Source: Eledone cirrhosa
Lineage: Eukaryota
Direction: 5' to 3'
Length of the DNA stretch: 64,000 nt
Assembly: GCA_964016885.1 (NCBI GenBank)
Contig: OZ024758.1
Span: forward strand, 20,894,001-20,958,000
The notes below the pieces were generated by a model. It saw only the letters and a program-made list of their open reading frames with translations, searched no databases and was not told the DNA's origin. Position 1 is the first letter of the stretch. Every line of letters starts with the position of its first letter. The position numbers and the translations under genes are program-made. Shown one piece after another: positions 28,456 through 42,196 of the stretch.

Positions 28456-29217
28456 CATACACAAACTCTTTTTCCAACTTACTTTCTGATGCACTATAAT
28501 CACATTATGTGTAATATAATTGTTTGAACATTTAAAACAAGCATTTTTACACATCATTCTTATGAAACTTTCTACACCTAAATTCCGGAGTGTGAATTCA
28601 AATATATGTTATAATTGTCGTCGCTATTTTAATCTGTTTGCAATTCAATATCATCAATATTTAATTCATAGATTTTAATAATGTTTACGTTCATTTTTTT
28701 ATTTTCGCTATGCACGTGACCTTTTGCTGAGTAAGTTGTTTTTTACTTTGTTATTGACTTTTGTAAGAACACTGACTTTCCACAATTTAAATAGATGTGT
28801 TTAACTGGTTTTTCCACTTCTTCCTTTCTTCCTCTGATATTTGATATACTCTGCACGCTTATGCCACAATCCGTACAACAGTGAATACCGGCAAGACCGG
28901 CGACAAACTAATAAATTCCTTCGATGTACTGTTTTGTTTGTTTTATTATTTTCTTCTTTCTGTTTACCGTTTAGACACACGCATTCATTATATATGTACA
29001 CACACACATTACGAATGATTCTACTATAATAATATGAGCTTGTATTTAACTAGTAATATGGAAAATCTCTGTAAATCTCTTTCACATTGCTTTATCGTAT
29101 ATGAAGTTGATAATCAGAAGGATTTGATTATGCCATTACAATAGAATATATAACATGGTTTCTTGCTATAACTTATATGTCTCTGGTTGTGTGAGGGTTG
29201 TAAGTGTTAGCAGTTTA

Positions 29218-29351
29218 ATAATAGTTTCTGATTTAGGCACACGACTAGGCAAAGTTAACTTCGGCGGGATTTGAACTGAGATCATAAAGGGCCGTAACCC
29301 GTTGCTGCAAAGCATGGCGTCCGACCCTCTATTGATACTGCCAATCCACCA
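29218..29351 (-). mobile_element. SINE family A with internal deletion
   Basis: Tail is joined directly to ggcaaagttaac...; head is intact. Confidence 0.88.
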
Positions 29352-29661
29352 CATTAAGTGACATATCACTAAACAACGTTAGATAGATAGATATAACATT
29401 ATTCTTAAGTTGTATTTCTGTATGTCGCTACTCGGAGTTTCTAGCTTCAGGTTTACACACTTTTGTTAAATACTTGGATTTTAGTTTGGCTTAACATGAA
29501 TGAGTATTATTTGCGTCAGATAACATGGATGCTACCATAAGTGATTTCTATATTTAACAAGAAATGAACCGAGAACTTAAAACTATGAGCGGCAGAAGGA
29601 TGACCGTATTAAGAAAGACAGAATATCAACGTGGAAAGAGAGCTAAATAGATAGTCCTAAA

Positions 29662-29875
29662 ATAATGGTTGTTGATTCAGGCAAAAGGCCAGCCATTTCA
29701 AAAGGAGGGAAAGGTACATTAGATCGAATCCAGTGCGTTACTGGTACGTTATTTTCTCAATATTGAAGCCAAATCTAACCTAGGAGATTTTGAACTTAGA
29801 ACGTAATTGTTCGTACGTCTATGCGGTGAAGCAGGGTATTCGACGCTCTGTCGGTTACTGCCAATCAAGCGCCTT
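29662..29875 (-). mobile_element. Older, longer relative of SINE family A
   Basis: Diverged core with an extra segment; TSD tagatagtc(ct/gc)aaaataat at 29648-29666 and 29876-29894. Confidence 0.75.
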
Positions 29876-29890
29876 TAGATAGTCGCAAAA

Positions 29891-30100
29891 TAATTATTTG
29901 GCACAAGGCCGGCGATTTTTTCCAGTGTATTACTGGTACGTTATATTATCGACCCTGTAAGGATGAAAGGCAAAGTTAACCTCGGCGCGGTTTGAACTCA
30001 AACCGTTAAGGGCAGTAACTCTATGCTGCAAAGCATGGCGTCCAAACCTCTACCGATACCGCCAATCCACCGCCCTTCCCGTACTGCCAATCCACCACCC
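29891..30100 (-). mobile_element. SINE family A inserted into the TSD of the older SINE; duplicated head
   Basis: tagtcg(c/t)aaaataat at 29880-29894 and 30101-30115; gccaatccacc occurs twice. Confidence 0.9.
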
Positions 30101-30864
30101 TAGTCGTAAAATAATACATTGTATCAGGTATAGGCATCTAAACAAAATGCAAAACAAAATGAAGAAGACTATAACAATGCAGTGAAAGAAGTATAAAGAA
30201 ATATACGTTAAAATAAATCAATAAAAATACAGTTTAATAACAAGAATAATAAAAATAGAAGAGAGCAATGGGAGGGGGCATAACGAATTACCTGAACTGC
30301 TTTGTATTGAGGGACTCTTTAAGAGAATCTCAGATGCATTAATTGGTCTATGAAGCATTTTGTTAAAAAATACAACGGCACTATATTGGCCGTAAGTTAT
30401 GGTTAATTGCTATTGATAAAGTAGTGATGAAAAGGGTGGTTCCTTGTTGGTTTTCTGTCTGAACCATAGAGGTTTGAAGCCTTCATATCCCACACACAAG
30501 CACAAACAATACACACATACACACAAACAAAACACATAGTCATACATACGCAAAGAAACACATAAAAACCAACATACAAACACAACTAACTCTTAATAGT
30601 TGTCCTTAGGGAAAGGGCAACTAAGGATTACTACGAAAATGGGCTGGAGGAGGAGTGTTGGAATATATGGATAATACTATAAGAATGTAGGAGGAGGAGT
30701 AGATATGGTATAAAACATAAATACCACCGGCTCTTGCTAAACATTTCGCTTCTCTTTAGAGGAGTGAATACTTTCTGTGATTCTTTGATACTACATATAA
30801 AGAGGAGGAGAGTTTGGTGATACTTTATATAGAAATGGAGATTGGAGGAGAATTCCGTGTAGTA

Positions 30865-30985
30865 TATATATACAGAGAGGTAGAGTTTGGTGATAATTGA
30901 TATAGAGAGAGGTAGAGTTTGGTGATCATTGATATAGAGAGAGGTAGAGTTTGGTGATCATTGATATAGAGAGGAAGAGAGTTCC
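30865..30985. repeat. ~32-bp tandem repeat
   Basis: atagagagaggtagagtttggtgat(a/c)attgat, about 3 copies. Confidence 0.85.
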
Positions 30986-31120
30986 ATGTAGCACACACAC
31001 ACATGCACACAAACGCTCTCTAAAAAAATGTTTTCCTCCCATTTCTCTCACCCACCCTCTTTTTTAAATGTATTTCCACCATACCCACACACACTCTCGG
31101 AACTCTCTTCCTGCCCACTT

Positions 31121-31157
31121 TTCTCCTGATGAAGGGCTTATGCCCGAAATGTCGTCC
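31121..31157 (+). ncRNA. Minimal HHR motif of Penelope type
   Basis: CTGATGA(31126)-a gggc ttat gccc-GAAA(31146)-tgtc. Core and stem II intact; stems I and III poor. Followed by a T-rich tail (ttctgttta) and then TA. Confidence 0.6.
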
Positions 31158-31627
31158 CCCACCCACACTATCAAGCGTGAAACTAATATAACCATTTGTA
31201 CTGCCTCTTCGCTTCCACATTGTTTTTTGTTTTCTGTTTACTGTGGCAGCTTTAATATGCATATGTATATATATATGTATCTCTATATATATAAAACGGA
31301 AGATGTATGTCTCTGTGTGTGTGTGTATGATCTTTATGCATTTCCACATTTCTATGCCGATTTCGATGATTTTTTTCCAATGTACTCCGAATTTACCAAG
31401 GTTGATCAACGCGTAATAAACTTTGCCAAAAAATGTCCTGCTTCTATGAAAACAAATTGATAAAACTAAATATATGCTGTAACCCTCTCTCTTACACGCT
31501 TATTCACTCTCACTACTACCCTCAACAAACTATGAAACTACATACATGTTGCAACTCTTTCTGTCTCTATATATATATATCACACACACACACATATACA
31601 TATACATCTAAAAAGAGAAAGGGAGAT

Positions 31628-31684
<57 letters not shown>

Positions 31685-31829
31685 GATACGTCGTTATACA
31701 GAGAGAGGTACAAGATAATCAGATAGAGAGAGAGGTACAAGATAATCAGATAGAGAGAGATAGAGAGAGAGAGAATGGCGTCGAATGCTGGTTCACACAC
31801 ACACACAAACACATATATATATAAAGAGC

Positions 31830-31898
<69 letters not shown>

Positions 31899-32079
31899 AA
31901 CCAAGTTAACCAAAGTTAACCTCGACGGGATTTTAACTTTGCCTTAAAATAGTAAAAGTAAATACTGAAGATTTAGGCCAGTACATACGTATGCGCCGAC
32001 GGACATACACATACAAATACATACGCACACACAAATACATACACACACACGCACGCGTGGGCGCGTGTGTATAAACTTA

Positions 32080-32501
32080 TGCATTTCTACAGTATTTTCA
32101 CCAAACATAAGACATAAGTTGCCTATGTACTCCGGATGGTCATGGGCACTTTCATTTTTCCAGATATTGATTATAGGGCCTCCCGGCAGATAACCCCCTG
32201 TAACCCCTTCCTTGGAGTCGCTGAAACACTGCAGTGCAATGCAACAAAATGTCATAACTTCAGGAGTTTACAACCGATTTTCACGAAACTTGACACATGG
32301 GCTACGTTTATTCTACAGATGGATGTGAACTTTCAGAATTGGCATATATTGAGTAAGGGTCCCTGGGAGCAGGAACCGCCTTTTGGAAAAAAGCCGATAA
32401 TTTTGTAAAAGTATAGTTTGCGAAGCAGCACTGAAGTATTGACATAAATGGTATACATAACTGCTATTTAATACCCGAGAAACGCCGGGTACCTCTGCTA
32501 G
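32080..32501 (+). mobile_element. Non-autonomous Helitron-like element (3' end clear, 5' boundary approximate)
   Basis: Subterminal hairpin tacccg agaaacgc cgggta, then CTAG at 32498-32501 followed by T; internal ccgattttcacgaaacttg motif. Confidence 0.7.
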
Positions 32502-32580
32502 TATATATATACATGTCTATCCCCGTTTGAATAGGGGGGGGTAACCTCAGTAAGGGAGTTCCGCAATACATAAAGTATAA

Positions 32581-32622
<42 letters not shown>

Positions 32623-32872
32623 ATGAGAAAGAGAGAGGGGTGGATAGATAGTGGGCTGGTTTGATGCACTGTAGTTTATATGGGTTTTACAGAAACCCAA
32701 CGGTGTTTAACTAATCAAAATAAACTAAACATGATATATATCGATCAATATATTGAGATATATTTTGCCTGCAAGTACGTATGAATAAATATTTTTTCAT
32801 GCACACACGTGTGTATCCCCTTGAGTGTATATATATATATATATATATATATGGTTATATATATATATATAC

Positions 32873-32908
<36 letters not shown>

Positions 32909-33293
32909 GTAGAGGTTATATTTAATTTGTTGGGATACAGCCAGCAAAATATTTTTATAACTGATATAAAGCACTCAACAAATTATTGGAGTAAATACAA
33001 TATATTAACAAATGGAAACTATATTTATAAAACAATATTTATTTCATTATACATATTTCAAGGGCCACCAAGGCTATCCAGGAGATTCCAACCAGAATGG
33101 TTGCATTTGTTAAGGGTATGTCAATATTTATTTATAAAACTAACCTATATTATATTTTATCTGATGAAAGCGCACCATAGTTTGCCTTGGTGGCCCTTGA
33201 AATATGTATAATGAGATAAATATGGTTTTATAAATATAGTTTCCATTTGTTAATATATTGTATATATATATATATATATATATCCACCTCTCT

Positions 33294-33461
<168 letters not shown>

Positions 33462-34024
33462 TGTGTGTATATGATTTCTGGACGTGTGAATTATCTAGTG
33501 AATACAACTCATCCTTTTTCTATAATGATTCATATCTTAAAATCCCGTTCTGTTTGAATAGATTTGATATATTGACCAAGTGTTCATGTGACTCATCTAG
33601 AATCCGCTTATTATAAACACTACATCTAATTAAGTACTTGCACCGACTGAATTATAATATAGAAATATTTTTCTTTATATATGTTCTATTAACCGAAAAT
33701 TTCTTCTTAAATTAAGTTATTCATGCGTGTAAGTTAATCTTATTTTATAAACATTACTTTTTTATATAACTTCGTTAAATGTCTTCTTTCCTTCATGTTA
33801 CAGTTCACTGAAAGCTATTATGCTTTGAAACAGTTATTTCTTGAAGAGATTCTTTGATAATGAGTACAAACACCATAGACTGTATGGCACTCCTATATAT
33901 TCGTTGAGAAAAACGTGTGTTAATATCTTTCCCTTATTTATTTGTTAATTCTTTTCTAATATTTGCCAAAGATCGCAAAAATATTGCTGCAAACATTGGT
34001 TGAATAAATATATATTACTGGTAC

Positions 34025-34170
34025 TCACCACCATTGGCACAGAGTTTGCTACCAGCAGGTATCTGCCTCATGAGCTGGAATGACTCTTCCAGCGCGTTTC
34101 TCTCGCAATGTCCCGGGGGCATACATTCGCTATTGTCCGCTGGGACCACGGGCTGACTTTCGCGTAGGCC
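34025..34170 (+). mobile_element. C-terminal fragment of CRE-like (RLE) non-LTR retrotransposon
   Basis: TTIGTEFATSRYLPHELE*LFQRVSLAMSRGHTFAI resembles the LFQRxSxAxxRGN C-terminal motif; GC-rich island. Confidence 0.5.
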
Positions 34171-34270
34171 ACCATTTGCTCACAATAGTGATGGATGGGA
34201 AGAACGGCCAAATGGAGACAGTGACAGTGTGAATTTATTTCCATTGTGTCCGGACCTGATATACACATAT

Positions 34271-34580
34271 ATGTCATAATTTTATTCGTGTTGTTATGAT
34301 TAAATTTATTCTACTTTGTAATAAGCAGCGCAACAAGGGGCCCCTGATGATTTCTCCCGAATGAAACAGCTCTAATCTTGTAGAAGATTTTCCAGGGTTA
34401 GAGCTTCTACAGGATTAGAACTGTTTCATTCGGGAGAAATCATCAGGAGGCCCTTTATTACGCTGCTTATTACAAAGTAGAATACATTTAATCATAACAA
34501 CACGAATGAAATTATGACATAATTTTATTCGTGTTGTTATGATTAAATTCATTCTATTTTGTAACAACCAGCGCAATAAA
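34271..34580. mobile_element. Double fold-back of family O HHR end
   Basis: Inverted arms ~34271-34388 / ~34403-34520, then a third (direct) copy of the first ~60 bp. Confidence 0.85.
34401..34453 (-). ncRNA. Type I hammerhead ribozyme motif (mirror copy on + at 34337-34389)
   Basis: Minus strand: gggcctc-CTGATGA-t ttc tccc gaa t-GAAA-cag ttctaatc ctg-TA-gaagctc. Stem I pairs at 6 of 7 positions. Confidence 0.72.
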
Positions 34581-35261
34581 TTTGGGAGTTCACGACGTGT
34601 AATTCCAGCCAATATCTATCCTGTGTGCTGTTAAGTACAATAGTATTCCACATTGAAATTATTATCACAAAATATTGCCACATACAAATTGCTCAAATAT
34701 ATCAGATATCGAATTGTTCTTCCCTTGTGGTCAGTAACCTAATTAATGAGTATCTTGGACTCGCTTTCAAACAAAACAATATATTCGAGGTAGACTGACA
34801 AGTGGGAATACAGATTTAATGAATACATATATATAATCTAAAAATACCGAGTCAGAAACCAGCATCTTATATTCTAACTGTTGTCTGAAAAAAGTTTGTT
34901 TGTTTGGTGATTGACAGAATATAACCTCCAATAGTTCCAACAAACCCATGCCAGCATATAAAGGAAGATGTATAAGCAACGATGACCATAATGATAGCTA
35001 GTAGAGAATATGTTATAAACTAAGAGCTTTAAAATGTCTAAACAATAATATAGTGTATATATATATAGTCATTAAACACGTTTAAAGTATTGAAGGGTTC
35101 AATAGTATACACCAAGTCAAAGCCTTTTCTATAAAATGCTGTTCATTAACGAAAGCCGCAATACTGGCATTATCCGTAGCTGAATTAAAAACATATTCAT
35201 CTACAAATATATTTTATAATGTACACATGACATTCAATTACATTATCATTTAAGGGTTAAG

Positions 35262-35454
35262 AGGGCGGTGGAATGGCAGTATCGGTAGAGGGCTGGACAT
35301 CATGCTTTGACGCATAGAGTTACGGCCCTTGTCATTCTGCGTTCAAATCCCGCCGCAGTTAACTTTGCCTTTCACGCTTACGGAGTCGATAACATAAAGT
35401 ACCAGTCATACACTGGGTAACAATTTACTTTGTGCTAAAAGTAAAAACAATTAT
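35262..35454 (+). mobile_element. SINE family A with 19-bp TSD
   Basis: attat(c/t)atttaaggg(t/c)taa at 35242-35260 and 35450-35468. Confidence 0.92.
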
Positions 35455-35850
35455 TATTTAAGGGCTAATCCATCTCGTGGTCCCAGCGAATAGAATGGAG
35501 AAGACGATGCATTGCTCCAGATGATGGCGAGAAGAGTCACTGAAACTGTCTCTAACTTACAAGACTCGATCTTGTGATTAACCAAATACACTCTGATAGC
35601 AGTAAGAAGATATTTAGCACTATAGCGGGTGGAGCCCAAAAGTTTCCACAGGTTATTCGTAGTGATATTTGTTATGGACCCCTCTAAAATTTCAAATCTT
35701 TCATCTCACTTCAGCCCTACACATTTAATATCCGTTTCTTCATGTGGACCCTCTGCGCTTCATCGTGATCATTGTCGTTAATGATATATCACAGGGAAAG
35801 TGATTGTTGGACTACACTTCACTGGCCCGAATCAGGACTACAACCGGCCC

Positions 35851-35903
35851 TCATCATCACCATCATCATCATCAACACCATCAACAACATCCTCATCATT
35901 ACC

Positions 35904-35935
<32 letters not shown>

Positions 35936-36015
35936 CACAATCCCCATTAATAGCATCATCACCATCATCATCATCAACATCATAATCAATATCCCCATCA
36001 CCATCACCACCAACC

Positions 36016-36061
<46 letters not shown>

Positions 36062-36128
36062 TATCATCATCATCAGAATCTCTCATTAATATCGTCATTA
36101 TCACCACCATCAACATCATCACACCATC
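35851..36128. repeat. (ATC)n trinucleotide microsatellite
   Basis: Read directly from the sequence. Confidence 0.95.
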
Positions 36129-36210
36129 AGCCTGTCTTGTATTCTTGTTAATGTGTATGTTGGATGAGCTAGAATAAGTAACTAGTATTATTCCTTGTAT
36201 TTTCTCTCCA

Positions 36211-37010
36211 TATGTAACAACATTCAAGTTATGTATATGCTTTAACACCTTCGCTTTTATATATTTTACTATCCTTATTCCAATAGCTATGAAGCATAGA
36301 GTTACGTATGTAACAACATTCAAGTTATGTATATGCTTTAACACCTTCGCTTTTATATATTTTACTATCATTATTCCAATAGCTATGAAGCATAGAGTTA
36401 CGTATGTAACAACATTCAAGTTATGTATATGTTTTAACACCTTCGCTTTTATATATTTTACTATCATTATTCCAATAGCTATGAAGCATAGAGTTACGTA
36501 TGTAACAACATTCAAGTTATGTATATGCTTTAACACCTTCGCTTTTATATATTTTACTATCATTATTCCAATAGCTATGAAGCATAGAGTTACGTATGTA
36601 ACAACATTCAAGTTATGTATATGCTTTAACACCTTCGCTTTTGTATATTTTACTATCATTATTCCAACGGGGTTGATAAAATAAAGTACCTGTAATGTAC
36701 TTGGTAATTGCTGGCCTTGTGCCTAACGTAGAAACAATTATTCCAATAGCTATGAAGCATAGCATGTAACAACATTCAAGTTATGTATATGCTTTAACAC
36801 CTTCGCTTTTATATATTTTACTATCATTATTCCAACGGGGTCGATAAAATAAAGTACCTGTAATGTACTGGGTAATTTGCTGGCCTTGTGCCTAAAGTAG
36901 AAACAATTATTACAATAGGTATGAAGCATAGAGTTACGTATGTAACAACATTCAAGTTATGTATATGCTTTAACACCTTCGCTTTTATATATTTTACTAT
37001 CATTATTCCA
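36211..37010. repeat. 96-bp tandem repeat interleaved with SINE 3' halves
   Basis: Units start at 36211, 36307, 36403, 36499 and 36595. Further units follow SINE 3' fragments at ~36668-36741 and ~36835-36911. Confidence 0.95.
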
Positions 37011-37161
37011 TGCTTTGAAGCATAGAGTTACGTCGCTTTATGATCTGAGTTCAAATCCCGCCGAGGTTAACTTTGCCTTTCATCCTTACGGGGTCGATAA
37101 AATAAAGTACCATTATGTACTGGCTAATTGCTGGCCCTGTGCCTAAAATAGAAACAATTAT
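37009..37161 (+). mobile_element. SINE family A, 5'-truncated
   Basis: catgctttgaagcatagagttacgt...aaacaatta, followed by ttccaatagcta (the site reiterated in the 96-bp array). Confidence 0.92.
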
Positions 37162-37304
37162 TCCAATAGCTATTCTGACTACTGTAATAGCACTACTACC
37201 ACTATTACTAAGGCAACTGACTTTAGTAGTAGGCTTAATATTATTACTGAAGATGTAGCTGCCGATATTTGTACAAATATTTCTACTATCACCACATCCC
37301 GCTT

Positions 37305-37305
37305 A

Positions 37306-37362
<57 letters not shown>

Positions 37363-37448
37363 CGATGCTCCTGCTGCTGCTACTGATACTACTACTCCTG
37401 CTGCTACTACTACTAATATTACTACCACTATTATTATTACTACTACTA

Positions 37449-37501
<53 letters not shown>

Positions 37502-37598
37502 GATGATCCTGCTGCTGCTACTGATACTACTACTCCTGCTGCTACTACTACTAATATTACTACCACTATTATTATTACTACTACTACTACCACCACTG

Positions 37599-37643
<45 letters not shown>

Positions 37644-37766
37644 ATGATGCTCCTGCTGATGCTACTGATACTACTACTGCTGCTACTACTACTAATACTA
37701 CTACCATTATTATTATTACTACTACTAACACTACTACTACTACTACTACTGCAACTACTACTACTA

Positions 37767-37804
<38 letters not shown>

Positions 37805-38075
37805 GCTACTACTACTACTACTGCTGCTGCTGCTACTACTACCATTACTATTACTACTACTACTATATTATTCCATCACAACTACTACTACAACTAATAC
37901 CATCACTACTACTACTACTACCAATACTACTACTACTACTACTACTTCTACTACTACCACTAATACTGTTACTACTACTGCTACTCCTACTGATGCTGAT
38001 GCTACTATTACTACTACCACTACTACTACTACTGATACTAGCATTACTACCACTACTACTAATAATAATAATGAT
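37305..38075. repeat. (CTA)n microsatellite with higher-order repeat structure
   Basis: Three blocks containing gctactgatactactact(c)ctgctgctactactactaata. A further CTA/TAA tract lies at 38763-38965. Confidence 0.95.
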
Positions 38076-38169
38076 TTTTTTATTGGCCACAAGGGCTGAC
38101 ATCAAGAACAACATCACAGTCGGAACAGGACGATACGATGTGGGTTTTGTGAGTGTATATATTTTTATT

Positions 38170-38765
38170 ATTTATATAAGAAAAAAAAGACATAAAACAT
38201 ATATATATATAAACATTAAAATGAAAATTGAAACAATGAAAAATTACCCAATAGGGGAGGAAACCTCCGAGGGTTACTCGTGGCGAAACCACACAAAAGA
38301 CCACGGCCACCCTGACTACCAGGGCAAGCGCCCTCTCTCAATTTTTCCATGTCTCAAACTACAGACCTATATTCAGAGTGGTCCCGTTCACTCGGACCAT
38401 TCTCGCTACATTCACCCACCTTTCAAAAAACTTGCTAGAAAGCATCACTTGCCTCTCCACCCTGATTTTCCTCTTCAAGTGAAACTTGAAAAAGTTAGTC
38501 AGGGATTCGCCGAAGAGGAAAGTGTTTGTCTTTAATCATTTTAACCTTGTCCAACACACAATCTCTTTCGCCATGGCCACCAGGCAGATGAAAACCGCCT
38601 GCCCTTCCTCCTCAAAGGAAGACGGCGAGACCATCTGCACAATGGACTCAGTCGACAACCGGATCAGTCTCACACGTGACAGCAACTGTTCGACATAGCT
38701 CCACAATTCAGCATTGCTCGGGCACTGAACGAGTGCGTGCACAACTGTTTCGTCGCTATGCGCTA
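38170..38765 (-). mobile_element. Tx1/L1-like LINE 3' end (ORF2 C-terminus and 3' UTR)
   Basis: DETVVHALVQCP..ELWSYVEQLL...AMAKEIVCWTRLK then FFKFHLKRKIRVERQ...FFERWV, typical of the ETxxHxxxxC zinc-binding C-terminus. Confidence 0.75.
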
Positions 38766-38853
38766 CTAATAATAATAATACCACTACTACTACTACTAAT
38801 ACTAATACTACTACAACCACTACAACTACTACTACTACGACTACTACTATTAC

Positions 38854-38905
<52 letters not shown>

Positions 38906-39527
38906 AATACTAACACTAATACTACTATCACTACTACTACTACTACAACCACTACTACTACTATTGATACTATACTGCTTTTACAACAACCCACAATGTT
39001 CACTCACTTAATAGATTTCACTCTCACGAGATTTAAAACGCAAAATATAGATAAAAAACAAATGCACAAACAGAAATGGAACTGAAAACAACTCGACAAA
39101 TAGATAAAAGACATAGTTTCATAGAAACAGATTTCTGGTTTCTTTCGAACAAGAAACAGAAGACTATGAAAGAATTTCTTTATTTCTTCGTTTAATTATT
39201 ATTATCATTATTATTATTTCTTTTTTTTTTTTTTTTTCAATCTATCGAGTATTTCTTTAATTATATATCTTTGTTTATGCCGCTTGCAAATTGTTTGAAG
39301 TTTCAATTCTTTTCACTGGTTTTCTGAACAGCAAAATCAAGGAGATCCCTCGAGGATTCATTAGTGAAAGAAAGCGATGAATCATTTATATAGCAAGCTA
39401 AGATTACAAATAGACAAACAGACTTGACAGCTGAATTTAATCACTTATATATATATATATATATATATACCTCATAAATATAGATAAATAGCCATAAATA
39501 TATATCATAGATATAGAAAAATAGCCA

Positions 39528-39577
<50 letters not shown>

Positions 39578-39948
39578 CAGGTCCGATTTTGATGTATATA
39601 TATATATATATATATATAACAATATGCTTATTGTTTTACATTACATTTTATTGGCGTCTGCTTACCAATTTGTTATGAAACGATCCACATAACTGTTGGG
39701 GAGGATTTAATGCTGTTCACCACTCCTGCTATTTTATTGCGAGGATAAATGGAGATTCAGTTGTAAGTAATATGTTATAGTTTTACTTTTCTCAGTACAA
39801 TTATGAAATGATTTTCCAATTTTCCAATGTTTAATATTGTTTTTCAATGCAATGATGCTGATTACATTTTGATAATGAAATAAAATAAATGCACTCAATA
39901 ATTGCACCTATACTTTCCGATCGTAATATCAAAGTATACACATGCTAG

Positions 39949-40014
<66 letters not shown>

Positions 40015-40456
40015 TACTTACCTGAATTGGGGTTGCGATTTCCAGCTACCAAAATATGTGCATAGTTAATATAAATTCTGCACCGGAACATATAGAAGAC
40101 ACAGTGCCGAATATGCAACGTTAGGTACTGGAATTAAAGAGAAAGCTACGTGTTTGTCAAAAAACTGTCTTTAACACAGAGCTATGTCTACTCACGCCTA
40201 CGTACACATACACTAAAACACAAGCACATTTACATAAATATATATATGTAGCGTGGCAAGCTATTTAGAACAAGCTATTTAGAAGACTGGTTTAACCGAT
40301 TTACTTCCCTCCGAAGAAGAGATATTATCTCGAACATTAAGGACATTTAAATAAATCTAAGGTAAAAGACTAATTGTCAACAATATCTTTTGCATTTGCA
40401 TTCTTTATTCTATGTCCATACCTGCATTGTTTTGGCTTTATTATACATATACAAAC

Positions 40457-40529
<73 letters not shown>

Positions 40530-41385
40530 GGCACAGATAGAAAGACAGATGTGGAAGAGATAGCCTTAGATAATACAAGTATTTGTTTAAAATTCTCTTC
40601 AGATAGCATTAGAAATAAATTTAACTGAAGCCTGTACACAGTATCTGAAAATATTTCCAATCTTTCATGATACTGAAAAGATTCTGAATCACTACGATAT
40701 CGAATTTCTTCTGGTACCAGTTTTTCTTTAGAATTTATTAATAACACGTGGGAATTTGTATATTTCCTTGTGTTGAATAGAATAGTTCTTTTTTTTCAGA
40801 AATATTCTTTTTTTTTTTTTTTTGTAAGGAGAAGTGAAAGAGGGAAGAATTTTATGTGGCTTTTAATATAGTTGCTAAAGTTGTATATACTTTCACATTT
40901 ATCAGACTATAACGGCGAGGATATATATGTAGTATTAAATGTAATATATGTACTAGTAAAAATAATAACCTGATATTATTTTCCCTATAATATGCTGTGA
41001 AAGTGTGTCTCTGGGAAATGTACCTATACAGACAAACTAAACATGGGAGTCAGATGCTTTTATAATATATGTGTATGCGCGTTGGTAAAACGTAAGCAAT
41101 ACACTTATAATTTAAGGAATTTTGTAGTTTTGATAACCTAAAATGTAATGCAACATATTTGGAGCATTCCTAACTTCATTCATATTTCATTGAAATCTCT
41201 CATCTGCTAATTAGTTGGTGGTTACTTTGTGGTCCAAAAACCTTATCGTCTTTATTCTAATACATGAGATTTGTTCCCAAATATCGGTATTGTTGAGTTT
41301 AGAGTTTGTGATTTGCCCATAGCTTTATGGATATATACCAAAGGTATTGCTATATAGTATGATTCATTGGGCTTCTCATAATATG

Positions 41386-41503
41386 AAGGCGCATGGCTTA
41401 AGGTCTAGAGGATTGGGCTTGCAATCGAAAGGTTGTGAAGCCAATCCTTGGACCGGGTGATGTGTTATTTCCTTGAGCAAGTCACTTTACTTCAAGTTGC
41501 TCC
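41386..41503 (+). mobile_element. tRNA-derived SINE family B (CORE/V-type), diverged
   Basis: ggcgcatggcttaaggt head; ccttgagcaagtcactttacttcaagttgctcc core shared with 54098-54131. Confidence 0.75.
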
Positions 41504-42056
41504 AAAAGGAAATGTGATGATAGGACTGGGGTCCCTATCATTAAATTACCCAAGACACTTCCAACAAGATATACATTGGAGGAGGCCAGCTACACCTGCA
41601 TAGGTGTGAGCTGTGACACACATACACACACATAATGTAGGCAGTCCTTGGTTCAGATAGGACGAGAAAGTGATTTACCCAAATTAAATATGTGAAAGAT
41701 CCGCTACATTATTTCAAGTCGCTGCTGCGTCTTCCATGAAGTCATAAAGAACTCGTGTACTAAACTTCGATTCTAGCTACATAGCCACGATTCACTTTCA
41801 TTAAATTAGTTACTTCAAAACACAAGCATAGGAACAGACACATAGTGCAAATACACATATACATACTTAATAAATACACACACACACACTCACAGACACA
41901 CACACATATATATATATATATGATAGTAACAGAATATATATATATTTGTATATATACATATATTTATATATATATATACATATATATATATACACATATA
42001 TATATATGATAGTAACAGAATATATATATATCTGCATATATATATATATATATTTG

Positions 42057-42088
<32 letters not shown>

Positions 42089-42118
42089 CATATATGTATA
42101 TGTATATACATATATATA

Positions 42119-42196
<78 letters not shown>

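Noticed and set aside
35838-36684. 273-aa and 131-aa ORFs with 32-aa repeats; also considered as a CRISPR-like array
   Set aside because: A by-product of a 96-bp (multiple of 3) tandem repeat. There are no unique spacers and no cas genes, and the context is eukaryotic.
40560-40750. Possible host exon (EKLVPEEIRY...LSEENFKQIL, minus strand)
   Set aside because: No recognisable domain or convincing splice-site pair, and the frame runs into a microsatellite.
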